Shown: one piece after another, positions 20,513-30,783 of the stretch
Position numbering within the stretch: the first letter of the stretch is position 1
How the letters are laid out: each line of letters begins with the position of its first letter
Assembly (NCBI RefSeq): GCF_045110935.1
Contig: NZ_JBJGWJ010000009.1
Reading direction: 5' to 3' (one strand)
DNA length: 64,000 bases
DNA from: Capnocytophaga stomatis
Lineage (GTDB): Bacteria > Bacteroidota > Bacteroidia > Flavobacteriales > Flavobacteriaceae
The notes under the pieces: model-generated
What the model saw: the letters and a program-made list of their open reading frames with translations, nothing else
Database searches by the model: none
Told to the model about the DNA's origin: nothing
Translations under genes and position numbers: made by a program

Positions 20513-21277
20513 TTAAAGCATTTCTTCAAAAATAGAAGCAATTTCACTGGCGGAAAGCTTCATTTTTGATAAATTATTGTTCTTTAAGTCGTTGTATTTA
20601 TATTTTTCCTTGCCTTTTTTCTTCTCAACATCTTTCCATCCGTAACTTCTGCTGGCTATTTTCTTTTGTATGATGCCACGAACTTTATAATTGTCCAGAA
20701 ACTTATCCAACTGGGCAAGTTCTCTCTCCAAATCCAAGTCCAATGGGCGATAATGTGTTATCATATAAGGTTTTACACGCAACACAAATCGCCAAGGGTC
20801 TCGAAATTCGTAATAAGTTTCAAAAACTTTTCGATGCGGATTGTATTCTTCGGTTTTTATAAAATACGCTTGTTCCTTGTAGTTGAATTCCAATTTTTTA
20901 TACTTTGGAAATTGCCATTCGATGATTTTATGCAGCTTTTGTTCGCGTGGAACTTGTATTTTTTTGCCTCGTTTTCGTTTCTTTTTCAGAAACTTACGAT
21001 TATCGGAATATTGATAAGTATTGATTTTTTCTAAAATTTGATTGAAAAAATCGACACTTTTACTCCGAGCAATGTCGTCCCGAAGCACAAAAAAACGTAC
21101 AAATCCCTTTTGATAAGGTTCAGGCAGAGGCACCAAAGGAATGTTTCGCTTCTGATTCCAAAGTTTTCGCCACAGCTTATTTTGCTGGCGAACGTACTTC
21201 TCGAAAGCCTCTTTCACCAATCGTTTTCGTGTTCGTAGGCTTCTCAATCGAGAATTTTCTATAAATGAATTTCCCAT
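20513..21277 (-). CDS. Hypothetical very basic protein (254 aa, Lys/Arg-rich), first gene of the operon
   Basis: An open frame sits 5 nt upstream of the zinc-ribbon gene. It is highly basic (KKKRKRGKK and similar stretches), consistent with nucleic-acid binding. I assign no family. Confidence 0.5.
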   Translation of the reverse strand: MGNSFIENSRLRSLRTRKRLVKEAFEKYVRQQNKLWRKLWNQKRNIPLVPLPEPYQKGFVRFFVLRDDIARSKSVDFFNQILEKINTYQYSDNRKFLKKKRKRGKKIQVPREQKLHKIIEWQFPKYKKLEFNYKEQAYFIKTEEYNPHRKVFETYYEFRDPWRFVLRVKPYMITHYRPLDLDLERELAQLDKFLDNYKVRGIIQKKIASRSYGWKDVEKKKGKEKYKYNDLKNNNLSKMKLSASEIASIFEEML

Positions 21278-21399
21278 TACTTACTTTTTGATTATCAAAT
21301 GATTTTAAAAAGATATTCAGGGAATTTTGCAATAAAACTTCTTTTGCTAAGGATAATTTACCCCGATTCGGATAAAAAAGAGAAGTACCATAAACAAAA

Positions 21400-21440
21400 T
21401 AAAACCCGAAATCTGCTGACTTCGGGTTTTGGATATTTCG
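21400..21440 (-). terminator. Rho-independent terminator downstream of dgkA
   Basis: AAAACCCGAA…TTCGGGTTTT forms a stem of about 12 bp. On the minus strand it is followed by ATTTTGTTTAT. Confidence 0.5.
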
Positions 21441-21639
21441 TTATACTATTTTTCTAAGAATATGCAACAACACGAAGCCCTGCCACTAAAAATGGCAAAC
21501 AAACTGAGATATTTTGAATGAAATTAAGCATTTTTACTTCGTGTTTTTTTATGTTAAACAATTATTTTCTTTGTGTAAATCGGTGCAAATGTAGAACAAA
21601 TTACAGGAAATACAAATTTTTATCTGATTTTTTTGATTT

Positions 21640-21999
21640 TTAGAAGAAATAAGGATAATAAAGAATTGCCAAAGCTATTGTCGCTGCACCAACGGCAAAG
21701 CCTACAGCTCCTGCTGAAATATCTTTAATTGTTCCTATTTTTTTATGATAATCAGGGTGAATGAAGTCGCAAATTTTTTCTATAGCAGTGTTAAGGCTTT
21801 CAACAGTTAAAACAATGCCACAAGCCAAAACCTGAATCATCCATTCAGTTCTTGAAATTTCAAAATAAAATCCTAAAAAAAAGAAAAACAGAGTGAAAAA
21901 CGTATGAACAAGAATTGGAGGTTCTTTGCAGACCAAGTGCCAAACTCCCACCAATACGTAATATAAACTCCTGATTCTTCCTTTAATAAATGTAATCAT
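21640..21999 (-). CDS. dgkA: Diacylglycerol kinase / undecaprenol kinase (DgkA family)
   Basis: About 119 aa from MITFIKGRIRSLYYVLVGVWHL…, a three-TM DgkA-like protein. I chose the internal Met to avoid overlapping the upstream GT2 gene. Confidence 0.75.
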   Translation of the reverse strand: MITFIKGRIRSLYYVLVGVWHLVCKEPPILVHTFFTLFFFFLGFYFEISRTEWMIQVLACGIVLTVESLNTAIEKICDFIHPDYHKKIGTIKDISAGAVGFAVGAATIALAILYYPYFF

Positions 22000-22025
22000 C
22001 TTATTTGAAATGAGTGAGGGCAAAT

Positions 22026-22733
22026 TTAAAAAATATTTCGCAATTTCATAGCTATCACACCCCAAATAGCTTCTTTAATGATGCTTCCGTTCATCTTCGA
22101 TTTTCCTTTTGCCCTGTCGGTAAAAATGATTGGTACTTCCGTGATTTTAAATCTTTTAAGGTAAGCTTTGTATTTCATCTCGATTTGGAAAGCGTAACCC
22201 ACGAACTCAACCTTGTCAAGTTCAATGGCTTCAATAACTTTTCGGGAATAACATATAAAACCAGCGGTGGGGTCGTAAATTTTCATTCCTGTGATAATTC
22301 GTACGTATAAAGAAGCTCCGTAGGAAAGCAAAATGCGTTGTAAAGGCCAATTTACAACATTTACTCCCTTTACATAACGCGAACCGATAGCCATATTGCT
22401 TCCGTTTTCAGTACATTCTTTCCACAAACGTAATAAATCAGCGGGATTGTGTGAGAAATCGGCATCCATTTCAAAAATATAATCGTAATTATACTGTAAA
22501 GCCCACTTAAATCCATGAATATATGCTGTTCCTAAGCCTTTTTTCTCGGTTCGGACTTTCAAAAATAACTTTTCAGGAAATATTTGCTGTAATTCTCGTA
22601 CTTTTTCCGCTGTTTTGTCGGGAGAATTATCATCTACGATTAAAATATGAAACTTTTCAGATTGCTCAAAAACAGCTCTGATAATGGCTTCAATATTTTC
22701 AATTTCGTTATATGTGGGAATAATTACAAGCAT
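22026..22733 (-). CDS. GT2 glycosyltransferase, polyprenol-phosphate mannose/glucose synthase (Dpm1-like)
   Basis: 235 aa with the motifs MLVIIPTYNEIENIEAII…ILIVDDNSPDKT and a DAD-like motif (EMDADFSH). Confidence 0.8.
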   Translation of the reverse strand: MLVIIPTYNEIENIEAIIRAVFEQSEKFHILIVDDNSPDKTAEKVRELQQIFPEKLFLKVRTEKKGLGTAYIHGFKWALQYNYDYIFEMDADFSHNPADLLRLWKECTENGSNMAIGSRYVKGVNVVNWPLQRILLSYGASLYVRIITGMKIYDPTAGFICYSRKVIEAIELDKVEFVGYAFQIEMKYKAYLKRFKITEVPIIFTDRAKGKSKMNGSIIKEAIWGVIAMKLRNIF

Positions 22734-22764
22734 TTATTTTTTGATATGGAATTTCGTTGTAACA

Positions 22765-22810
22765 AAAACTTTGCCGAAGTTTCTTATAACTTGGCAAAGT
22801 TTTTTTATTT
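22765..22810 (-). terminator. Rho-independent terminator after the alpha-oxoamine synthase gene
   Basis: A 10-bp stem (AAACTTTGCC/GGCAAAGTTT) with an 18-nt loop. T-runs sit on both sides. Confidence 0.55.
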
Positions 22811-22835
22811 TGTAAATTTAATTTTTATGCTTGTA

Positions 22836-24098
22836 TTACATATGCCCCATTTGCTCTGCTAAAGATGCGTTTTGCTGGCGATATACACCACTTTCGAGTT
22901 TGCTTCGGATGGCAGAGAAAGCTTCCAGAGTTTCTTCGATGTCCTTCATTGTGTGTGAAGCAGTTGGAATCATTCTCAAAAGAATCATTCCTTTCGGGAT
23001 TACCGGATACACCACAATAGATAGGAAAATACGATAATTCTCACGCAAATCATTTACCATTGCCATCGCCTCCGGAATGCTTCCTTCCAAGAAAACAGGC
23101 GTTACGCAAGTGTTGGTATCACCAATGTTGAATCCGCGTGATTTCAATCCGTTTTGAAGTGCATTAACATTATCCCAAAGCTTTTGTTTCAATTCCGGCA
23201 TCGTGCGAAGCATCTCCAAACGTTTTAAAGCTCCTTTTACGTAAATCATTGGGAGGGCTTTGGCGAACATTTGCGAACGCAAGTTATATTTCAAATAATC
23301 GATAATTTCTTTGTCTCCAGAAACAAATGCTCCAATTCCTGCCATTGATTTGGCAAAAGTAGAGAAATATAAGTCGATTTGGTCTTGAACGCCTTGCTCT
23401 TCGCCAGCTCCTGCTCCTGTTTTTCCGAGCGTTCCGAAGCCGTGAGCATCATCCACCAAAATGCGGAAACCATACTTTTCTTTATATGAAAGAATTTCTT
23501 TGAGTTTTCCTTGTTGTCCACGCATCCCGAAAACTCCTTCGGTGATTACCAAAATACCGCCTCCCGTGGTGTCTGCCAATTTTTTGGCACGCTCGATATT
23601 TTTAGCAAAACTCTCTACATCATTGTGTTTGTAAGTAAAACGCTTCCCGAAGTGCAAACGAACCCCGTCGATAATACATCCGTGCGAATCCACATCGTAA
23701 ACAATCACGTCATTTTTGGTCACCAATGCATCAATGATGGAAACCATTCCTTGATAACCGAAATTCAGCAAGTAAGCGGCTTCTTTGTGAGTGAATTCGG
23801 CAAGATTGCGTTCCAACTGCTCGTGCATTGAGGTGTGTCCACTCATCATACGTGCCCCCATTGGGTAAGCCGCACCGTACTGGGCAGCTGCTTCGGCATC
23901 TACTTTGCGGATTTCAGGATGATTTGCCAATCCCAAATAATCGTTGATGCTCCAGTTTAGGATTTCTTTCCCCTGAAATTTCATTCTTGGTCCTAGCTCG
24001 CCTTCCAATTTCGGAAAAACGTAATATCCTTCGGCGTGTGAAGCCCAACGACCGATGTTTCCTTTATTCTCTTTTATGTGTTCAAATAAATCTCTCAT
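22836..24098 (-). CDS. Alpha-oxoamine synthase family PLP enzyme (Kbl/BioF/serine-palmitoyltransferase/cysteate acyltransferase type)
   Basis: 420 aa with the AOS-family layout. It has a PLP-lysine region (…FSTFAKSMAGIGAFVSG…) and a conserved TxGxxG-like loop (GILVITEGVFGMRG). Substrate specificity cannot be read from the sequence. Confidence 0.8.
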   Translation of the reverse strand: MRDLFEHIKENKGNIGRWASHAEGYYVFPKLEGELGPRMKFQGKEILNWSINDYLGLANHPEIRKVDAEAAAQYGAAYPMGARMMSGHTSMHEQLERNLAEFTHKEAAYLLNFGYQGMVSIIDALVTKNDVIVYDVDSHGCIIDGVRLHFGKRFTYKHNDVESFAKNIERAKKLADTTGGGILVITEGVFGMRGQQGKLKEILSYKEKYGFRILVDDAHGFGTLGKTGAGAGEEQGVQDQIDLYFSTFAKSMAGIGAFVSGDKEIIDYLKYNLRSQMFAKALPMIYVKGALKRLEMLRTMPELKQKLWDNVNALQNGLKSRGFNIGDTNTCVTPVFLEGSIPEAMAMVNDLRENYRIFLSIVVYPVIPKGMILLRMIPTASHTMKDIEETLEAFSAIRSKLESGVYRQQNASLAEQMGHM

Positions 24099-24757
24099 AT
24101 TTATTTATTTTTTCTTCGTTTTTGAGGCACAAATTTAAGAGTAAATTTTTATTTATCATTGAATTTTTCATAAACTTCTCAAAGTCTTTTTATATTTAGC
24201 GTTCTTTCTTTCAAGAAATAGCTCTTTTTAACAAGTTGCTTTTGATTTAATTTATTGAATTATAGATTGTTATTGTAATTAATTATTTCTGTATTGCATA
24301 TTATTCGGAAAACTTAAAATCTTGATGCAAAACCCAAACCAAGAAGCACATTTTGTATGCTGAAAGAAATCAACTAAATTTTGAATTCAATAAATGATTA
24401 TCTTTTTAAAATCTACCTTAGTATTTTATATTCCTTTAGCAATACAATAATTAATAAAAATATTCACACTAAATTAAGAAAATATATAATTTATTAAAAA
24501 GATATATTTAAAACAATATGATTATAATTAAAATATCTATTCTTTTTAACTTTGTGTTTAGAGTTTTATGATTGTGATTAATAAAAAATGTATATATATC
24601 TTTTTAAAAATATATATACATTTCCATTATTTTATATATACATTTTTATAGAGAAATATGTATACATTATTTGTTGCTTCTATTTGAATTGATAGAAAAT
24701 TATTTATGTAAATAGATTTTTATATAAATATTTCAAAAATGAATTATTGTTCTGTTT
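24099..24757 (-). promoter_or_regulatory. Extremely AT-rich 660-bp intergenic/promoter region carrying TGTATATATACA-type palindromic repeats
   Basis: By eye it is about 20% GC. Four copies of ATGTATA(TA)TACAT-like palindromes lie at 24588-24670. Confidence 0.4.
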
Positions 24758-25756
24758 TTATAAAAATCCTTGTTTTTTCATCCATTCGTCATTGTAAATT
24801 TTGCTCATATAGCGGGAACCGTGGTCAGGAAAAAGGATAACAACTATGCTATTTTCATCAAAAGTTCCCTTTTGAGCATATTTTTCTGTTGCAACAAATG
24901 CCGAGCCACTGGTATATCCGCAGAAAATTCCCGTTTCAGTAGTGATTTTACGAGCAGCCAAAGCACTTTCTTTGTCGTTTACTTTAACGAATTCATCAAT
25001 AATATCGAAATCGGTTGCAGTTGGGATAAGATTCTTGCCCAATCCTTCCACTTGGTATGAATGTAGTTCATTGGGGTCAAACTCTCGGGTTTCGTGATAC
25101 TTTTTGATGGCTGAACCTTCGGCATCAACGCCTAAAACTTTTATATTCGGATTTTTTTCTTTCAGGTAACGCCCTATTCCTGAGATAGTTCCACCTGTTC
25201 CGCTACAAACTACCACGTGTGTTACCTTGCCTGCAGTTTGTTCCCAAATTTCTCTTCCTGTGGAGTAATAGTGAGCGTCAATATTCTTCTCATTGAAGTA
25301 CTGATTAATATAAATGGAATTAGGAGTTTCATTGTGTAGGCGTTCGGCGGTTTTGTAATAAGAGCGAGGGTCATCAGCCGGAACGCTCGCAGGACAAACG
25401 TGCACTTCAGCACCCATCGCCCTGAGCATATCTATTTTATCTTGAGAAGATTTATCACTGATTGCCAAGATACAGCGATATCCTCTGATGGCACTAATCA
25501 TAGCGAGGCTAAATCCTGTGTTGCCAGAGGTGTTTTCAACGATTGTTCCGCCGGGTTTTAACTTTCCGGTACGCTCGGCTTCGTCAATTAAATAAAGAGC
25601 GATTCGGTCTTTTGCCGAATGCCCCGGATTGAAGGCTTCTACTTTGGCAAAGTAACGTCCTTTTAAGTCTTTTGTAATTTTTTCCAGAGAAACCAAAGGA
25701 GTATTTCCCATCAGTTCCAATACGTTATTGTAATATTGCATTTTATCCATTTGCAT
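24758..25756 (-). CDS. Cysteine synthase/cystathionine beta-synthase-family PLP enzyme (fold type II)
   Basis: 332 aa with a PLP-lysine motif (PGHSAKDR) and a glycine-rich loop (SGTGGTISG). It has no Bateman (CBS) domains. Confidence 0.8.
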   Translation of the reverse strand: MQMDKMQYYNNVLELMGNTPLVSLEKITKDLKGRYFAKVEAFNPGHSAKDRIALYLIDEAERTGKLKPGGTIVENTSGNTGFSLAMISAIRGYRCILAISDKSSQDKIDMLRAMGAEVHVCPASVPADDPRSYYKTAERLHNETPNSIYINQYFNEKNIDAHYYSTGREIWEQTAGKVTHVVVCSGTGGTISGIGRYLKEKNPNIKVLGVDAEGSAIKKYHETREFDPNELHSYQVEGLGKNLIPTATDFDIIDEFVKVNDKESALAARKITTETGIFCGYTSGSAFVATEKYAQKGTFDENSIVVILFPDHGSRYMSKIYNDEWMKKQGFL

Positions 25757-25860
25757 TTTTTATAAATATGTGTCTGATTTAAAGCTTTTATGGATTGGAA
25801 TAAAAAACAAAAGCAGAAACTCTTTATATTGAATTCTGCTTTTGCATATATTTTAAGGAA

Positions 25861-26736
25861 TTATTTTTTAATGACTTCTGCCACTTTTTCTCCAATTTTC
25901 GCGGGAGAATCAACTACGTGAATGCCACATTCTTTCAAGATGCGTTTTTTTGCCTCGGCGGTGTCGTCGGCTCCTCCTACGATGGCTCCTGCGTGTCCCA
26001 TTGTTCTTCCTTTCGGAGCGGTTTCCCCTGCGATGAATCCCACAACGGGTTTTTTATTTCCGTTGGCTTTAATCCAGCGAGCAGCTTCAGGCTCTAATTG
26101 CCCACCGATTTCTCCAATCATCACAATACATTCTGTTTCAGGGTCGTTCATCAGAAGTTCAACGGCTTCTTTGGTAGTTGTCCCGATAATTGGGTCGCCT
26201 CCAATTCCGATAGCTGTAGTGATTCCCAATCCTTGGCGTACAATTTGGTCGGCAGCTTCATAAGTTAAAGTTCCTGATTTTGAAACGATTCCTACTTTTC
26301 CTTTCTTGAAGATAAATCCTGGCATAATTCCCACTTTGGCTTCTTCCGGGGTGATAACTCCGGGGCAATTAGGTCCTACCAAACGGCAATCTCTTCCTTT
26401 GATATAATTTGCCACCTTAATCATATCTGCCACAGGAATTCCCTCTGTGATAGTGATAATTACTTTGATTCCGGCATCGGCTGCCTCCATAATGGCATCA
26501 GCAGCAAAGGCTGGTGGAACGAAAATAATAGAAACATCGGCTCCGGTTTCTTTAACAGCTTCTTTTACAGTATTAAAAACAGGTTTTCCCAAATGAGTCT
26601 GACCACCTTTTCCCGGGGTGATGCCACCAACTACGTTCGTGCCATATTCAATCATTTGTTCTGCGTGAAAAGTTCCTTCACTTCCTGTAAAACCTTGTAC
26701 AATTATTTTTGAATTTTTGTTAACTAGTACGCTCAT
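25861..26736 (-). CDS. sucD: Succinyl-CoA synthetase alpha subunit
   Basis: 291 aa matching SucD ([33 protein letters not shown]…, phospho-His loop GHAGAIV). Confidence 0.95.
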   Translation of the reverse strand: MSVLVNKNSKIIVQGFTGSEGTFHAEQMIEYGTNVVGGITPGKGGQTHLGKPVFNTVKEAVKETGADVSIIFVPPAFAADAIMEAADAGIKVIITITEGIPVADMIKVANYIKGRDCRLVGPNCPGVITPEEAKVGIMPGFIFKKGKVGIVSKSGTLTYEAADQIVRQGLGITTAIGIGGDPIIGTTTKEAVELLMNDPETECIVMIGEIGGQLEPEAARWIKANGNKKPVVGFIAGETAPKGRTMGHAGAIVGGADDTAEAKKRILKECGIHVVDSPAKIGEKVAEVIKK

Positions 26737-26897
26737 ATCTTATGGTTTAAGTATTCAGCAAAGCTATAGTTTTTTATTGAAATTTCAAAATTATTTTTAA
26801 ATAGATATTGAAAGATAAAAAAATGATATTAATTTCAATTTGTAAATTTCCTAAAAACAGAGAATTATGAGTAAAAATAATTTGAAGCGTAAACGTA

Positions 26898-26931
26898 AAA
26901 ACTTTGCTAAGATATCCCTTAGCAAAGTTTT
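26898..26931 (-). terminator. Rho-independent terminator of clpB
   Basis: A perfect 14-bp stem (AAAACTTTGCTAAG/CTTAGCAAAGTTTT) with a 6-nt loop lies 29 nt past the clpB stop. TTTTTACGTTT follows on the minus strand. Confidence 0.7.
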
Positions 26932-26959
26932 GTTTCTGACTTAATTATGCTTAATAATT

Positions 26960-29545
26960 TTAGTTATTCCTGAAAACCAATTGGTTATCAAAAGAGTCTA
27001 ATAGTATAACGCTGTCTTTGTGTACGTTACCACTCAAAATTTCTTTTGAAAGTCGGTTTAGGACTTCTTTTTGAAGTGTTCGTTTTACGGGACGAGCTCC
27101 AAATTGCGGGTCAAAACCTTTTTCTGCCAAATAATCAATCGCTTCATCGGTTGCGTCGAGCAGGATATTCTCGCGAGCCACCATTTTGATGATAGAACGC
27201 AGCTGCAAGCGTACAATGCTTCGGATATTTTCACGAGTGAGTGGCGTAAACATCACAATATCATCAATTCGGTTAATGAACTCAGGACGAACGGTTTGCT
27301 TCAATATCTGTAATACATCATCTTTAGCAACTTCTGTAGCTTTTTCAAGGTCGCTGGCATATTTTTCAAAACTTTCCTGAATCAAATGGCTACCAATGTT
27401 GGACGTCATAATGATGATGGTGTTTTTGAAATCGGCAGTACGCCCTTTGTTGTCTGTAAGTCGCCCTTCGTCAAGTACTTGTAACAGAATATTAAACGTG
27501 TCGGGGTGAGCTTTTTCGATTTCATCCAGTAAAATCACCGAATACGGTCTTCTGCGTACGGCTTCGGTAAGTTGCCCGCCTTCGTCGTATCCAACGTATC
27601 CCGGAGGCGCTCCCACCAATCGGCTTACTGCGTGACGTTCCTGATATTCACTCATATCAATACGCGTCATAGCATTCTCATCGTCAAACAGATACTCGGC
27701 AAGAGCTTTGGCAAGTTCGGTTTTTCCGACTCCCGTTGTACCTAAGAAAAGGAACGAACCAATGGGCTTTTTCGGGTCTTGCAAACCTGCTTTACTTCGG
27801 CGAATGGCATCGGAAATGGCTTCGATAGCTTCCTCTTGTCCTACCACGCGTTTGTGCAATTCGCTTTCCAGTTTTAATAATTTTTCGCGTTCGCCTTGCA
27901 ACATTTTCGTTACAGGAATTCCTGTCCATTTGGCAACCACTTCAGCGATATTTTCCGCAGTAACTTCCTCTTTTATAAGCGAATTTCCCTGTGCTTCGTC
28001 CAATTTTTCCTGAAGAACAACCAATTTATCTTGCGCTTCTTTGATTTTTCCGTAACGAAGTTCGGCTACTTTGGCATAATCGCCTTCGCGTTCAGCTTTT
28101 TCGGCTTCCAATTTGTAATTTTCGATGGCTTCTTTGGTGATTTGTACCTCATCGATAACATTTTTTTCACTTTGCCATTTGGCGAAAATAGCGTTACGTT
28201 CTTCCTTCAAATTGGCTACATCGGCGTAAAGAATTTTGAGTTTTTCCTCGTCATTTTCACGCTTAATGGCTTCAATTTCAATTTCCAACTGCATTATTTT
28301 TCGGTCGAGAACGTCCAATTCTTCGGGTTTCGAATTGATTTCCATTCGCAATTTTGCAGCGGCTTCGTCCATTAAGTCGATGGCTTTATCGGGTAAAAAA
28401 CGATTGGTGATGTAACGTTCGGAAAGCTCCACAGCGGCGATAATTGCTTCGTCTTTGATACGCACTTTGTGATGTGTTTCGTACTTTTCTTTAATTCCTC
28501 GAAGGATAGAAATAGCACTTTCTGTATCGGGTTCTTCTACCATAACTTTCTGAAAACGACGCTCTAAGGCTTTGTCTTTTTCGAAATATTTTTGATATTC
28601 GTCGAGCGTAGTTGCCCCGATGGCACGCAATTCACCCCGAGCCAAAGCAGGTTTGAGGATGTTTGCGGCATCCATTGCACCTTCGCCACCACCGGCACCC
28701 ACGAGCGTATGAATCTCATCGATGAAAAGGATGATATTTCCGTCGGAAGAAGTTACTTCTTTCACCACAGATTTAAGCCGTTCTTCAAATTCTCCTTTGT
28801 ATTTTGCTCCGGCAATGAGGGCTCCCATATCCAAAGAGTAAATGACTTTATCTTTCAGATTTTCAGGCACATCTCCTTGCACAATACGATGCGCTAATCC
28901 TTCGGCGATGGCAGTTTTTCCCACTCCGGGTTCACCCACAAGCATTGGGTTATTTTTGGTTCTTCGCGAAAGAATTTGCAATACACGACGGATTTCCTCA
29001 TCACGCCCGATAACAGGGTCAAGTTTCCCGCTATCAGCCATTTGATTCAGATTTTTAGCGTATTTGTTGAGTGAATTGTAAGTTTCTTCTGCCGAAGCCG
29101 AAGTTACTCGTCCGCCTTTACGCAGTTCCTGAATGGCTTTTTCAATGTCTTTTTCCTTAACCCCTTGGTCTTTAAGAGCTTGTCCTATTTTGCTGTTTGA
29201 CTTAAAAATAGCCAAAATTAGATGCTCAATAGAAACATATTCATCATTCATCTTTTTGGCGATATTAGCCGCCTCGTTGAGCATTGTGTTTGATTCGCGT
29301 GAAAGCGACATTTGTCCGCCACTGACTTTTGGAAAACTTTGCAGTGCTTTTTCCAAAGTAATGCTTAACTGTTCTCTATTGATATTCAGTTTTTTAAGTA
29401 AGAAAGGCAAAACGTTTTCGTCAACTTCTTCGATGGCTTTGAAAAAGTGCTCGTTTTGCAACTCTTGATGCTGATACCCTTGAGCGATTTGTTGTGCCCT
29501 TTGTACAGCTTCTTGCGATTTGATAGTATAATTGTTAAAATTCAT
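26960..29545 (-). CDS. clpB: Chaperone ClpB (AAA+ disaggregase)
   Basis: About 861 aa from [18 protein letters not shown]… It has two AAA+ modules (GEPGVGKT and GTTGVGKT Walker A motifs) and a coiled-coil middle domain. The ORF track starts 15 codons earlier. Confidence 0.95.
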   Translation of the reverse strand: MNFNNYTIKSQEAVQRAQQIAQGYQHQELQNEHFFKAIEEVDENVLPFLLKKLNINREQLSITLEKALQSFPKVSGGQMSLSRESNTMLNEAANIAKKMNDEYVSIEHLILAIFKSNSKIGQALKDQGVKEKDIEKAIQELRKGGRVTSASAEETYNSLNKYAKNLNQMADSGKLDPVIGRDEEIRRVLQILSRRTKNNPMLVGEPGVGKTAIAEGLAHRIVQGDVPENLKDKVIYSLDMGALIAGAKYKGEFEERLKSVVKEVTSSDGNIILFIDEIHTLVGAGGGEGAMDAANILKPALARGELRAIGATTLDEYQKYFEKDKALERRFQKVMVEEPDTESAISILRGIKEKYETHHKVRIKDEAIIAAVELSERYITNRFLPDKAIDLMDEAAAKLRMEINSKPEELDVLDRKIMQLEIEIEAIKRENDEEKLKILYADVANLKEERNAIFAKWQSEKNVIDEVQITKEAIENYKLEAEKAEREGDYAKVAELRYGKIKEAQDKLVVLQEKLDEAQGNSLIKEEVTAENIAEVVAKWTGIPVTKMLQGEREKLLKLESELHKRVVGQEEAIEAISDAIRRSKAGLQDPKKPIGSFLFLGTTGVGKTELAKALAEYLFDDENAMTRIDMSEYQERHAVSRLVGAPPGYVGYDEGGQLTEAVRRRPYSVILLDEIEKAHPDTFNILLQVLDEGRLTDNKGRTADFKNTIIIMTSNIGSHLIQESFEKYASDLEKATEVAKDDVLQILKQTVRPEFINRIDDIVMFTPLTRENIRSIVRLQLRSIIKMVARENILLDATDEAIDYLAEKGFDPQFGARPVKRTLQKEVLNRLSKEILSGNVHKDSVILLDSFDNQLVFRNN

Positions 29546-29811
29546 AGTTTTAAAATTAATTTTTGTGTGTTTCTGCATACAAATAGTCAAGTTTTATGCC
29601 GATGTGTATTATGTGACATTTTGTCTTTCTTTTTTACTGGGTATTTGATGGAGAAATTTCTTTTTCCCGTATAAGCTTCTAAAATGTAATTATTTATTTG
29701 ATTTTTATTCATTTGTGTAAATTTAATTGAAAATGACTTTTTGTCAGTTGAAAGCTTTTATTTTGTGATAATAATATGTTATATTATCTTTGCTAAATAT
29801 ATAATATCGTT

Positions 29812-30741
29812 ATGAAAGTAGAAGATTTTCGTAGGCTGGCGTTGGGAATATTAGTTTGTGTAGCAATTTTCGGGGGAATATTTATGCTGGTAAGATTTTT
29901 ACAGATACATCAAATAAGAACCTTGAAGTGGATTCCTATACTGATGACTTGTGTGGGATTTTATTTTGCTGCTCGCATTAACCGGAAAACCAAATTGCCT
30001 GCTTTGCTCCTTTTGCTTGTGGGGCTTTTTGCGTTTGTTCCGTTGCGATTTTTTTATATTCCGTTTGTTTTTGTGCTGATTTTGTGTGCTGTACTGGCTT
30101 TGTTGCTTTCCCGAAAAGAAATTTCAATAAAAATACGTTCTTTGTTTTTGCTTCTCTTATTGGGAATTTTTGGATATTTTCTGTTTTCACAACCATTGAT
30201 AATCAGGAAGAAAGGATTTTCTGTTGATGAAATGGGAAATTTGCACAATGTTAATGTATTGTGGGATTTCAGAGAATCATCTCCAACAAAATTACCTCAA
30301 TATACGTTCAAAAATATAAAAGGAAGAGAAGTGCAACTTTCTGATTTTGAAGGTAAAAATATATATGTTACTTTTTGGGCTACTTGGTGCGGACCTTGTA
30401 TGGCTGAAAAACCAAAGTTGGAAGAAATTAAGGAAATGTTCAAAAATAATGAAAATCTTATTTTTATTGATATTTCTTTGGATGCCAATCGTTCTGCGTG
30501 GGAAAAATATGTGTCAGAGAAAAATCCTGCGGGAATTCAATTGAATTCAACCAATGATGGGCAAACGAGGGAAACTTTCCAAATAGCAGGAATTCCTCAT
30601 AATATTGTGATAAGCAAAGATGGATACTATAAAAGTTTTAGCCGTTCTTCAAAAATTACTGAAAATCAGTTAGAAATGCTTAAAAATTCTGAAAAATTGG
30701 AAAATTACGTAAAAACTACTGTGAAATATTTTGAAGAGTAG
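29812..30741 (+). CDS. Membrane-anchored TlpA/ResA-like thioredoxin-fold thiol:disulfide oxidoreductase
   Basis: 309 aa with about four N-terminal TM helices and a C-terminal thioredoxin domain (YVTFWATWCGPCMAEKP). Confidence 0.7.
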   Translation: MKVEDFRRLALGILVCVAIFGGIFMLVRFLQIHQIRTLKWIPILMTCVGFYFAARINRKTKLPALLLLLVGLFAFVPLRFFYIPFVFVLILCAVLALLLSRKEISIKIRSLFLLLLLGIFGYFLFSQPLIIRKKGFSVDEMGNLHNVNVLWDFRESSPTKLPQYTFKNIKGREVQLSDFEGKNIYVTFWATWCGPCMAEKPKLEEIKEMFKNNENLIFIDISLDANRSAWEKYVSEKNPAGIQLNSTNDGQTRETFQIAGIPHNIVISKDGYYKSFSRSSKITENQLEMLKNSEKLENYVKTTVKYFEE

Positions 30742-30783
30742 CAAACAAATAAAATCCTAAATAATAAAATTGAAAAAATATCT

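Noticed and set aside
21500-21520. CTGAGA motif reminiscent of the TPP riboswitch THI-box
   Set aside because: The flanking GGGG…ACCC and GGGAA elements of the TPP aptamer are absent, and no thiamine gene follows.
27896-28375. 159-aa + strand ORF (and several other + strand ORFs between 27071 and 29674)
   Set aside because: These are antisense shadow ORFs inside clpB. The Phe-rich composition comes from the reverse complement of Lys/Glu-rich codons.
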